Assembly (NCBI GenBank): GCA_902607475.1
Contig: CACLKH010000005.1
Span: 1-55,816, forward strand
Direction: 5' to 3'
Source of the DNA: an uncultured Alphaproteobacteria bacterium
GTDB taxonomy: Bacteria; Pseudomonadota; Alphaproteobacteria; GCA-002720895
Length of the DNA: 55,816 nt
Part shown: piece after piece, positions 41,292 to 50,531 of the stretch
Position numbering within the stretch: the first letter of the stretch is position 1
How the letters are laid out: the number at the start of each line of letters is the position of its first letter
Notes under the pieces: model-generated
What the model was told of the DNA's origin: nothing
Seen by the model: the letters and a program-made list of their open reading frames with translations, nothing else
Databases searched by the model: none
Program-made: the position numbers and the translations under genes

Positions 41292-42431
41292 ATGAATCAA
41301 AAAAAGAATTTACTTCCCATTGGTTTCAAAGATATTCTTGCAAACGATGCAAATATTCAATTTGAATATGGAAAAAAATTATTAAAAAATTTTGATTTAT
41401 GGGGATATTCTTTTATAGAACCTCCAATTATTGAATACGAAAAAACTTTGTCTGATACAAAAAATAAATTATTAAATAACAAAACACTCTCTTTTATTGA
41501 TCCTTTGACAAAGGAAAAAGTATCTTTAAGGCCTGATATTACTACGCAATTAGCTAGAATAGCCGAAGATAGATTATTTGGTTTACCAAAACCTTTAAGG
41601 CTATGTTATTTCGGAGATGTTTTTAGAGCAGACAAACCAAAACTATCATCTGATAGACAATTTAAGCAAGCAGGGGTTGAGATCATAGGATCAAAAAATT
41701 TACTTGCAGATTTAGAAATAATAAATTTATCTTTAGACTCATTAAAAAAAATTAATTTTAAAAAAATTAGTTTGGATATCAACGCTCCCATTATTTTAGA
41801 GAAAATTTTTGATGATTTTAAAATATCTTCAACTAAAAGAATTAGTTTAAGAAAACTTGTTGCAAAAAAAAATATTAAAGAGATTTATAATTTTGATATA
41901 AAATTATTTAATACATTAAAGGAAATAATTGACTCCTCAGGTCTTCTAAAAAAGAATATAAAAAAAATTCAAAAAATAAAATTAGGAAGCAATGCTAAAA
42001 AAGTTTTAAAAGATTTTATGACGATTTGTTCTTCCTTGTTAAAAAAAAATTATAATAAATATAAAATTTCAATAGATTTATTAGATCACAGAGGATTTGA
42101 ATATTATACAGGAATAACATTTAGTATTTTTTGTTTAAATTCTAGTAAAGAAGTTTGTAGAGGAGGGCGTTATTTAACATCAAAAAATAAAGATGCAGTT
42201 GGCTCGACTTTTCTTTTGAATCAATTTTTATCACTTAAAAATGTTTCAAAAAATAGCAAAAAAAAGATTTTAATCTCTTACAATGATTCCTTTAATAAAA
42301 AATTACCAGATTTGAGAAAAAAAGGCTGGATTTGTATTCAAAATATTGAAAGTGATAATGATAAAAAAATTGCTAAATTGCATAACTGTAAATTTATTTT
42401 TAAAAATAATAAACTATACCCAGTAAAATGA
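41292..42431 (+). CDS. hisZ: ATP phosphoribosyltransferase regulatory subunit
   Basis: LP.GFKD, LRPDIT.QLAR, RLCY.G.VFR, RQF.QAGVE.IG, YYTG; upstream of purA. Confidence 0.9.
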   Translation: MNQKKNLLPIGFKDILANDANIQFEYGKKLLKNFDLWGYSFIEPPIIEYEKTLSDTKNKLLNNKTLSFIDPLTKEKVSLRPDITTQLARIAEDRLFGLPKPLRLCYFGDVFRADKPKLSSDRQFKQAGVEIIGSKNLLADLEIINLSLDSLKKINFKKISLDINAPIILEKIFDDFKISSTKRISLRKLVAKKNIKEIYNFDIKLFNTLKEIIDSSGLLKKNIKKIQKIKLGSNAKKVLKDFMTICSSLLKKNYNKYKISIDLLDHRGFEYYTGITFSIFCLNSSKEVCRGGRYLTSKNKDAVGSTFLLNQFLSLKNVSKNSKKKILISYNDSFNKKLPDLRKKGWICIQNIESDNDKKIAKLHNCKFIFKNNKLYPVK

Positions 42432-43711
42432 AGAATCTTACAATAGTTGGTGCTCAATGGGGTGATGAAGGTAAGGGTAAAATTGTAGACCATTTATGTA
42501 ACAAATTTGATGTAGTTTTAAGATTTCAGGGAGGACATAATGCTGGCCATACTATTATTATAGGTAAAGAAAAGTTTATATTAAGCATTCTTCCATCAGG
42601 TTTAATTAGAAATAAATTATCCATAATAGGAAGTAGTGTAGTTATTGACCCAGTACATTTCTTGAAAGAAATAGATTTATTAAGAAAAAAGAAAATTAAA
42701 ATATCAAAAAAAAATTTAAAAATAGCAAATAATGCATCAATTTTATTACCTTTTCATTCTATAATTGACCAAATAAGAGAACAAAAATTATCAAAAAAAA
42801 AAATTGGAACAACAGGAAGAGGAATAGGCCCTTGTTATGAAGATAAAGTTGCTAGAAGAGGATTAAAAATTTATGACTTAGAGGATATAGACTCTCTTAG
42901 AGTTAGACTTAAAAATTTAGTAAATTTTCATAATATTTTTTTAAAAAGTTTATCAAAAAAAAGGATTTCATTTAATGAAACTTTTAAATTATTAAAATCA
43001 ATAAGAAAAAAAATTTTACCTTTTTCTATAGACGTAAGTGAATTTATAAACAGTAAATATTTTTTCAAAAAAAAATTTCTTTTTGAAGGTGCTCAAGGTC
43101 TAATGTTAGATATAGATCATGGTACTTTTCCATTTGTAACATCAAGCAACACAATTCCTGCCATTGCAGCAGCGAGCATTGGTATCAAACCATCTAAAAT
43201 CGGTCATATATTAGGTGTTGTAAAAGCTTATACAACTAGGGTTGGAGAAGGGCCATTTCCAACTGAAATTAAGTCTAATTTAGGATTAGAACTTGCAAAA
43301 AAAGGACGTGAATTTGGGAGTGTAACCGGTCGCCCAAGAAGGTGTGGATGGTTCGACGCAGTACAATGCAAGAAAGCTATTAATATTGCTGGTATTAACT
43401 CAATTGCGTTAACAAAAATCGATGTACTGGATAAATTTAAAAAAATAAAGATTTGTTATGAATATAAAATTGGCAAGAAAATAATTAAGTTTATGCCTAA
43501 TTCAAATAAAATGCTGAATAATATAAAACCTAGATATTTAATTTTGGATGGTTGGTGTGCTAACACAACCGGCATAAAAAATAAAAAAATGCTACCTCAA
43601 AAAGCACAAAAATTTATCAAAGTTATTGAAAATATTCTTAATATTCCAATAAATTTCCTTTCTAATGGCCCTGATAGAAATGATATTATTAATTTAAAAA
43701 AAATAACTTAA
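42428..43711 (+). CDS. purA: Adenylosuccinate synthetase
   Basis: GAQWGDEGKGK, GGHNAGHT, GTTGRGIGP, EGAQG, TTRVGEGPFPTE. Confidence 0.97.
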   Translation: MKNLTIVGAQWGDEGKGKIVDHLCNKFDVVLRFQGGHNAGHTIIIGKEKFILSILPSGLIRNKLSIIGSSVVIDPVHFLKEIDLLRKKKIKISKKNLKIANNASILLPFHSIIDQIREQKLSKKKIGTTGRGIGPCYEDKVARRGLKIYDLEDIDSLRVRLKNLVNFHNIFLKSLSKKRISFNETFKLLKSIRKKILPFSIDVSEFINSKYFFKKKFLFEGAQGLMLDIDHGTFPFVTSSNTIPAIAAASIGIKPSKIGHILGVVKAYTTRVGEGPFPTEIKSNLGLELAKKGREFGSVTGRPRRCGWFDAVQCKKAINIAGINSIALTKIDVLDKFKKIKICYEYKIGKKIIKFMPNSNKMLNNIKPRYLILDGWCANTTGIKNKKMLPQKAQKFIKVIENILNIPINFLSNGPDRNDIINLKKIT

Positions 43712-43712
43712 T

Positions 43713-44618
43713 TTAAAAAGCAGAGATTTCTTCTCTTTCTAAATTTTTTTTTATTAATAAATTTTTCACAGACTTTTTTAGTTTCTCCATTGCTCTAACC
43801 TCGATTTGTCTTACTCTTTCTCTTGAGATTTTGTAGTGATTACTTAGATCTTCGAGAGTTTTTGGCTTATCTTTTAGTCTTCTTTCAATCATTATATATT
43901 TTTCTCTAGGGCTTAAAACATTTATAGCCTTTGAAAGCAAGTCCTTTCTTTGATCTAGTTCCTGTGAATTTGATATTATATATTCCTGTGTTGGGGAACT
44001 ATCAACCAACCAATCTTGCCATTCTCCCTCACCATCTTCTTTAAGGGGCGCATTTAATGAATGATCTGGCCCTGCTAATCTTCTATTCATTTCCGTTACT
44101 TCTTTTTTTGAGACATTTAAATTTTTTGCTATTTTATTAACATTTTCTGGATACATATCTCCTTCTTCATAAGCTCTTAGGCTTGATTTAATTTTTCTTA
44201 AATTAAAAAATAATTTTTTTTGTGCAGCAGTTGTGCCCATTTTAACTAAAGACCAACTATGTAATATATATTCTTGGATAGACGCTCTTATCCACCACAT
44301 TGCATAAGTAGCCAATCTAAAACCTCTTTTATAATCAAATCTTTTTATTGATTCAAGCATTCCTATATTTCCTTCGGATATTAGCTCATTTATAGGCAAC
44401 CCATATCCTTTATAGCCCATTGCAATTTTTGCTACTAGCCTTAAGTGGCTTGTAACCATAATATGAGCAGATTCAATATCTTTTTTTTTTGTCCATTTCA
44501 TTGCCAATTCTCTTTCATATTGAGGTTCTAAAAGCGGATATTTCCTTATTTCTTGTAAATATCTATTTAAACCGTTTTCTGAAGTGATTTTTGGCAAGTG
44601 TTTAAAAATAGCTGTCAT
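43713..44618 (-). CDS. rpoH: RNA polymerase sigma-32 factor
   Basis: RpoH box QKKLFFNLRK, region 4 SRERVRQIE; canonical position downstream of rluD. Confidence 0.96.
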   Translation of the reverse strand: MTAIFKHLPKITSENGLNRYLQEIRKYPLLEPQYERELAMKWTKKKDIESAHIMVTSHLRLVAKIAMGYKGYGLPINELISEGNIGMLESIKRFDYKRGFRLATYAMWWIRASIQEYILHSWSLVKMGTTAAQKKLFFNLRKIKSSLRAYEEGDMYPENVNKIAKNLNVSKKEVTEMNRRLAGPDHSLNAPLKEDGEGEWQDWLVDSSPTQEYIISNSQELDQRKDLLSKAINVLSPREKYIMIERRLKDKPKTLEDLSNHYKISRERVRQIEVRAMEKLKKSVKNLLIKKNLEREEISAF

Positions 44619-44638
44619 AATTATTACATTTAAAAAAA

Positions 44639-44703
44639 TTAATAGAATCTGATAGTTATTGAACGATTCTATTAAATAATATTTACTTTAACACTTATCC
44701 ACA
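44639..44703. promoter_or_regulatory. rpoH leader: 11-bp inverted repeat and DnaA box
   Basis: TTAATAGAATC-15 nt-GATTCTATTAA (44639-44675); TTATCCACA (44695-44703). Confidence 0.5.
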
Positions 44704-44736
44704 GTTTCTCATAATTATATGACTCTTGTCAAGTAA

Positions 44737-45474
44737 TTAAATTAATTTTAATTGTTTTATTAAAGTATTGATATCATTAGGTAATTTAGAATTTAGTTCT
44801 ATCTTATTTTTTTTTATTGGATGAATGAAGCTTAAAAAATAGGCATGTAATGCTTGTCTTTTAAATGTAATTATTTGATTTATTAAAGATTTATCCACAT
44901 TTTTTAATAATTTTGATTTATTTTTCCCATATTTTTTATCCCCTATTATTGAATTTCCTGAACTAGATAGATGTACTCTTATTTGATGTGTTCTACCTGT
45001 TAATAATTTACATTCAATTAGTGATGCCACATTAGAAAAATTTTTTTTTACTTTATATTTTGTAATTGCACTTTTTCCACCGATTTTAAAAATAGAAAAT
45101 TTTTTTCTATTTTTTGGATTTCTACCTATATTCATTGTAAAACTTCCGCTATTTTTTTTTAATAATCCCCAGATAACAGCTAAATACAAACGATTTATTT
45201 CTCTTTTCTTAAATTTTTCTTGAAGTAATTTATGAATTTTATTATTTTTAGCAATTATTAATAATCCGCTTGTATCTTTATCCAATCTATGAACTATACC
45301 TGGCCTATCTATGCCAGATAGATTTGATAAATTTTTCCCATATTTTTTTATTAAAAAATCAACTAAAGTTCTATTTTTTTCCCCAGCTCCTGGGTGAACA
45401 GTTAAACCGCTAGGTTTATCTACTACAATTAACTCTTTATCTTCGTACAAAATTTTTATATTTTTAAAGCACAT
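44737..45474 (-). CDS. rluD: RluA/RluD-family pseudouridine synthase lacking the N-terminal S4 domain
   Basis: KPSGLTVHPG, RPGIVHRLDKDTSGL, TGRTHQIRVH, RQALHA. Confidence 0.88.
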   Translation of the reverse strand: MCFKNIKILYEDKELIVVDKPSGLTVHPGAGEKNRTLVDFLIKKYGKNLSNLSGIDRPGIVHRLDKDTSGLLIIAKNNKIHKLLQEKFKKREINRLYLAVIWGLLKKNSGSFTMNIGRNPKNRKKFSIFKIGGKSAITKYKVKKNFSNVASLIECKLLTGRTHQIRVHLSSSGNSIIGDKKYGKNKSKLLKNVDKSLINQIITFKRQALHAYFLSFIHPIKKNKIELNSKLPNDINTLIKQLKLI

Positions 45475-45488
45475 TTAAAAAAAATTAT

Positions 45489-45773
45489 ATGAAACATTTA
45501 AAATTTATAGTAATTCTTATGGGATTGTTAATTTTTTTTGGCACATCAGCTATTCTTTATATTGTTTTTGATAGATTATTTTCAAAAGAAAAGTTGATTT
45601 TTCCTCAAAAAGATGAGCTAAAACAATTACAAATTAGTGAAAATAGCGAAATAATAAATACTAATATTTCAGATGACAAATTAATATTAACTATTAAATT
45701 AAACAAAAATTACCAAATAATTATTTATGATTTAAAAAGTGGCAAACAACTATACTTTTTTGAGATAAATTAA
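45489..45773 (+). CDS. Small membrane-anchored hypothetical protein
   Basis: N-terminal TM LKFIVILMGLLI; first gene of a tight operon. Confidence 0.75.
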   Translation: MKHLKFIVILMGLLIFFGTSAILYIVFDRLFSKEKLIFPQKDELKQLQISENSEIINTNISDDKLILTIKLNKNYQIIIYDLKSGKQLYFFEIN

Positions 45774-45775
45774 TA

Positions 45776-46123
45776 ATGAAATCAATTTTTAAAATATATT
45801 TTATATTTATTTTTTTTACACTTAACAGTTGTTCAACATCTTTACAAAGTATTTTTGATGCTTTAAATTATTCAAAAAATAGCGTAGATGTGCTCTCATA
45901 TGTAACTACAGACAAAACAACAACTGATCACGCTTTATCATATATATTTAACAAAGATTGTTCTTTAGCAAGAACATTTAAATTAAAGCAAATTTGCGAA
46001 GAAATAAATAAAGAAAATTTAGTTTTGGACAATAAGCATTTAAATTTAAAGAAAACAAAAAAAGTTTATAAAAAAAGAGTTGTAAAAATAAAAAAAATAA
46101 AGGTTCCATCTATGGCTTACTAA
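45776..46123 (+). CDS. Hypothetical lipoprotein
   Basis: Lipobox LNSC; TDKTTTDHALS...KDCS..R.....C motif. Confidence 0.75.
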   Translation: MKSIFKIYFIFIFFTLNSCSTSLQSIFDALNYSKNSVDVLSYVTTDKTTTDHALSYIFNKDCSLARTFKLKQICEEINKENLVLDNKHLNLKKTKKVYKKRVVKIKKIKVPSMAY

Positions 46124-46142
46124 ACTAAATGAATATTAAAAA

Positions 46143-46859
46143 ATGATTTCTATTTCAAATATAACAAAAAAATTCGATGATTTTACTGCTGTAGATAATC
46201 TAAGTATGGCTGTAAAAAGTGGAGAGGTTCTTGGTTTTTTAGGACCAAATGGTGCTGGAAAATCAACCACAATGAAAATGATTACTGGTTTTATAAAACC
46301 AACTGAAGGAACAATAAAAGTTAAAGGTATGAATGTTGAAACAAACCCAATTGAATGTAAAAAATTAATCGGATATCTTCCTGAAGGTGCCCCTTTATAT
46401 GGAGATATGACGCCGATGAATATGTTAAAATTTGTAGCATATACTCGAGGAATGAACTTACAAGAATTTAAAACAGCTTTAGATATTGTTGTGATAAAAA
46501 CTGAAATAACTGATGTTATTAACCAACCAATTGACACTTTATCTAAAGGTTATAAAAGAAGAGTTGGGTTAGCCCAAGCATTGATACATGATCCTGAAAT
46601 TTTAATTTTAGATGAGCCTACAGACGGTTTAGATCCTAACCAAAAACATCATGTCAGAAATTTAATAAATGAAATGGGTAAAGAAAAAGCAATAATAATT
46701 TCGACGCATATTTTAGAAGAAGTCGATGCTGTTTGTTCGCGTGCCTGTATTATTGCTAAAGGAAAAAAAATTATTGATAGCAATCCTAAAGAATTAAAAA
46801 AATCATTTAAAAACAAAAACTTAGATAGTATTTTTAGAGAAATTACTTTAAATAAATAA
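46143..46859 (+). CDS. ABC-2 ATP-binding protein (GldA-like)
   Basis: GPNGAGKST, LSKGYKRRVGLAQA, ILDEPT, STH. Confidence 0.93.
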   Translation: MISISNITKKFDDFTAVDNLSMAVKSGEVLGFLGPNGAGKSTTMKMITGFIKPTEGTIKVKGMNVETNPIECKKLIGYLPEGAPLYGDMTPMNMLKFVAYTRGMNLQEFKTALDIVVIKTEITDVINQPIDTLSKGYKRRVGLAQALIHDPEILILDEPTDGLDPNQKHHVRNLINEMGKEKAIIISTHILEEVDAVCSRACIIAKGKKIIDSNPKELKKSFKNKNLDSIFREITLNK

Positions 46860-46867
46860 TTATATTT

Positions 46868-47602
46868 ATGAATGTATTACTAAATATAGTAAAAAGAGAA
46901 TTAGCAAGTTATTTTTCTACGCCACTAGCTTATGTTTTCATTGTAATTTTTTTAACACTTATTGGGTCTTTTACTTTTTATTTAGGAAATTTTTTTGTAA
47001 GAGGACAAGCAGATTTAAACTCATTTTTTGCTTTTCATCCGTGGGTATATATTTTATTGATACCAGCAGTTACGATGCGACTATGGGCAGAAGAAAGAAA
47101 ATCAGGAACAATAGAATTATTGATGACTCTACCTTTGACAACAACTCAATCAGTTATAGGAAAATTTTTTGCTGCTTGGATTTTTATATTTATTGCATTA
47201 ATTTTAACATTTCCAATTTGGATTACAGTTAATTATTTAGGACAACCAGATAATGGAGTTATTTTAGCAGGATATGTAGGTAGCTTATTTATGTCAGGAG
47301 CTTATTTATCAATAGGATCTTGTATTTCAGCTATTACTAAAAATCAAGTTATAGCTTTTGTTGTAGCTGCAACAGTTTGTTTTATTTTTACTATGACTGG
47401 CGTAGATATAGTATTAAATTTTTTTAAAGTTTGGGCTCCTGAATTCTTAGTTAGTACAATTTCTTCTATGAGTTTTCTTACTCATTTTGAATCTATAACA
47501 AAAGGAGTAATAGAAATAAGAGACTTCCTTTTTTATTTGAGTGTTATTGTTTTCTGGCTTTTTTTAAATGTTGTAGTAGTTGAGTTTAAAAAATTTAATT
47601 AA
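46868..47602 (+). CDS. ABC-2 permease (GldF-like)
   Basis: RELASYFSTPLAYVF, MRLWAEERKSGTIELL.TLP, TKNQVIAF. Confidence 0.9.
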   Translation: MNVLLNIVKRELASYFSTPLAYVFIVIFLTLIGSFTFYLGNFFVRGQADLNSFFAFHPWVYILLIPAVTMRLWAEERKSGTIELLMTLPLTTTQSVIGKFFAAWIFIFIALILTFPIWITVNYLGQPDNGVILAGYVGSLFMSGAYLSIGSCISAITKNQVIAFVVAATVCFIFTMTGVDIVLNFFKVWAPEFLVSTISSMSFLTHFESITKGVIEIRDFLFYLSVIVFWLFLNVVVVEFKKFN

Positions 47603-47607
47603 ATTTT

Positions 47608-49521
47608 ATGTTGAAAAAGATATTAAATAATGAAAATAAGCTTCCTTTAATTTTTTTATTGGCAATTATTTCTTTTTTATCATTTAACGTTTTAAATAAA
47701 AATTTTTTTAAGAATTTAAGATTCGATCTTACAAGATCTAATGTTTATACATTATCCGAAGGAACAAAATCAATTTTGAAATCTATCAACGAACCTCTTG
47801 ATTTTAAACTATTTTATACAAAACAAATTGGCGATCTTAATCCGGTTTATCAAAATTATTACGATAGAGTAAAAGAAATACTTGAGCAATATGTATTATT
47901 ATCTAATAACAAAATTAAATTGAAAATTCTTAATCCAAAACCTTTTTCAGATGAAGAAGATAAGGCAGTGGAGTACGGATTACAAGGTGCTGAAATTATG
48001 GCTGGTGTTTATGGATATTTTGGTTTAATTGCAACAAATAGCACTGATGATGAAGAAAAGATAATTTTTTTTCAACCAGATCGTAGTCCATTCTTAGAAT
48101 ACGATTTAAGTAAGATTGTTACAAATTTAGCAAACCCGAATAGAAGAATAGTTGGTTTATATACTGATTTACCTATGCTAGGTACTTTTAACCCTTTAGC
48201 AAAGTCAGAAGAAGCAGCAGCAGCGCCGCCATGGGCTGTATATAACCAAATGAAAGAATTCTTTGAAATTAAAAGAATTCATGAAAAAACAAGATCTATA
48301 CCTGATGGGCTAGAGCTATTAATGCTTGTTCATCCAAAAAAAATTCCAGATAGATTAATATATATGATAGATCAATTTGTATTGAGAGGAGGAAAACTTC
48401 TTGTTTTTATTGATCCTAATTCAGAAACGGAGGGTTTTTCCCCTAATGCAGAGCAAATAAATGGAAGTAACAGTTCTAATTTAAGTGAACTATTAGAAAA
48501 ATGGGGAGTGGAGTTGGCTGAAAATAAAGTAGTCGGAGACTTACTTTCTGCTAGAAGGGTTGAGATAGGTGCGTCAGACCAACCATCTGTTACAGATTAT
48601 CTCGCTTGGCTTGATATAAAAAAAGATCATATGGATGATACACATCAAGTTACTTCTAAAGTTCAAAGACTAACATTCGCAACATCTGGATTTCTTAAAA
48701 ATAACAAAAAAAATAATAAAATTAATTTTAAAAGATTAGTATGGAGTACAACGCAATCAATGCAAATTGATGTATCAGATGTTATTTCACCAGATCCAAC
48801 TACTTTATTAAGAAATTTTGTTCCATCAAATGAAGAACTTACTTTAGCTGCTGAAATAAAAGGGAGTTTTTTATCTAACTTTCCTGATGGTCCACCTGTT
48901 ACAAATAGAAAAGATGATTTTGATAAAAATAAACATATCAATGAGTCAATTAAACCAACCACATTAGTTATTCTTGCTGATGCTGACATGTTATACGATG
49001 AATACTGGCTTAAATATGAACAATCCGGAGAAGTTCTTCCTATAGCAAATAATGCTGATTTTACAGTGAATTTACTTGAATATTTAAATGGTACTGAAGA
49101 TTTAATAGGTTTGAGAGGAAAAGGCGTTTCTTCAGTGCCATTCATTAAAGTTGAGAAAATTCAAAAAGAAGCTGAACAAAAATTTAGGTCAAAAGAACAA
49201 GAACTTCTTGAAAAATTAAATAACTATCAAAGTAAATTGGAAAATATACAAAAAGGTTCAGGAGAAGATGAAAAAAACACTCTTTTAACTAAAGAAGAAA
49301 ACTTAGAAATTGATAAATTTAAAGAAGAAATGATTTTTGTTAGATCTGAACTTAGAAAAGTACAAAATGCGTTGAGAAAAGATATAGAAAAATTAGATAG
49401 CACTTTAAAATTTTTTAATATTTTTCTTGTACCAATTTTATTAGTTATTATTTCGGTTGTTCTTAGCTTTATAGAGAGAAGAAAAAGACATCAAAAACAT
49501 ATTGTAAGAGAAACAAATTAA
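47608..49521 (+). CDS. GldG-family ABC auxiliary component
   Basis: RFDLT...YTLS.GT, EYDL, IDQFVLRGG.LLVF.DP, N.DF..N...L.G..DLIGLR; N- and C-terminal TMs. Confidence 0.9.
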   Translation: MLKKILNNENKLPLIFLLAIISFLSFNVLNKNFFKNLRFDLTRSNVYTLSEGTKSILKSINEPLDFKLFYTKQIGDLNPVYQNYYDRVKEILEQYVLLSNNKIKLKILNPKPFSDEEDKAVEYGLQGAEIMAGVYGYFGLIATNSTDDEEKIIFFQPDRSPFLEYDLSKIVTNLANPNRRIVGLYTDLPMLGTFNPLAKSEEAAAAPPWAVYNQMKEFFEIKRIHEKTRSIPDGLELLMLVHPKKIPDRLIYMIDQFVLRGGKLLVFIDPNSETEGFSPNAEQINGSNSSNLSELLEKWGVELAENKVVGDLLSARRVEIGASDQPSVTDYLAWLDIKKDHMDDTHQVTSKVQRLTFATSGFLKNNKKNNKINFKRLVWSTTQSMQIDVSDVISPDPTTLLRNFVPSNEELTLAAEIKGSFLSNFPDGPPVTNRKDDFDKNKHINESIKPTTLVILADADMLYDEYWLKYEQSGEVLPIANNADFTVNLLEYLNGTEDLIGLRGKGVSSVPFIKVEKIQKEAEQKFRSKEQELLEKLNNYQSKLENIQKGSGEDEKNTLLTKEENLEIDKFKEEMIFVRSELRKVQNALRKDIEKLDSTLKFFNIFLVPILLVIISVVLSFIERRKRHQKHIVRETN

Positions 49522-49526
49522 AAAGA

Positions 49527-50531
49527 ATGTCAAATAAATATTTTATATATTTAATTTTAATAACAATTTCATTATTTGTTTTAGCATTAATATCTTTTTT
49601 AATTCAACCAAGATACGAAACATCTTTGAAAAGAGGAGGGATAATTTTTGAAAATATTGAAAATCAATTAAATGATATTAAAGAAATAAATATTGATAAT
49701 AATAAAAAAAAAATCTCAATAATAAAAGACCAAGATAATTGGTATATGGCATCAAAGTCAAATTATAAAGTAAAAAATGAAGTAGTAAGAAAAAATTTGA
49801 TCCAAATCTCAGAGTTAAGATTCTTTGAGAAAAAAACAAAGGAAGAATATTTATATTCCAGATTAAATCTTAATTATCCAAATGATGAAGATGGTAATTC
49901 TAAATTTATATCTATAATTAATAGCGATAAAGAAGCTTTAATTGAATTTATTCTTGGAAAGAGAAAAAAAAATGGTGTTTATATAAAAAAATTAAAAGAT
50001 AAGCAAACTTGGCTAACATCAGGAACATTGGATATGTCATCGGTTGAAAGGGATTGGTTAGAAACAAAAATTTTAAATATAGATTATCAAGATGTAAAAA
50101 AAATATTAGTAAGTCATTTAAATAAAAAAGAATCTTTTTCTTTAATTAAAGATGATAAAAATGAAAACTTTTTAATTGACAACTTAACTAAAGAACAAAT
50201 TCCAAAAAGTGATTTAATTGCAAATCATATAGGTTATTTTTTTACTAATTTAATTTTTGAAGATGTTGTTAAAAGGAAGAATGTAATAGATACCGAACTT
50301 CGTACAAAAATAAATTTTGAATTATTTGATGGAACAAATATTTTTGCAGTTATTTTTAATGAAGATAAAGATATATGGATTAGCTTTAATATAGATGATC
50401 AATCAACATTTAAACTTAATGACGATGATAAAATTTTTGTTAATGATATTCAGAACTGGTCTTATAAATTGTCTTCTAAAAAATTCAATGTTATTAATTC
50501 TAAATTAGATGATCTGCTCGTTGAAGACTGA
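49527..50531 (+). CDS. DUF4340-like membrane-anchored protein
   Basis: N-terminal TM and position after gldG-like gene; ILGK....YIK.....TWL......WL motif. Confidence 0.7.
   Translation: MSNKYFIYLILITISLFVLALISFLIQPRYETSLKRGGIIFENIENQLNDIKEINIDNNKKKISIIKDQDNWYMASKSNYKVKNEVVRKNLIQISELRFFEKKTKEEYLYSRLNLNYPNDEDGNSKFISIINSDKEALIEFILGKRKKNGVYIKKLKDKQTWLTSGTLDMSSVERDWLETKILNIDYQDVKKILVSHLNKKESFSLIKDDKNENFLIDNLTKEQIPKSDLIANHIGYFFTNLIFEDVVKRKNVIDTELRTKINFELFDGTNIFAVIFNEDKDIWISFNIDDQSTFKLNDDDKIFVNDIQNWSYKLSSKKFNVINSKLDDLLVED

Noticed and set aside
44619-44736. CIRCE element or replication origin upstream of rpoH
   Set aside because: The inverted repeat does not match TTAGCACTC-N9-GAGTGCTAA; one intergenic DnaA box in ~120 bp is too little for oriC.
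46143-49521. Gliding motility system
   Set aside because: Only the GldAFG-like ABC module is present; no gldK-N or T9SS genes in the window.
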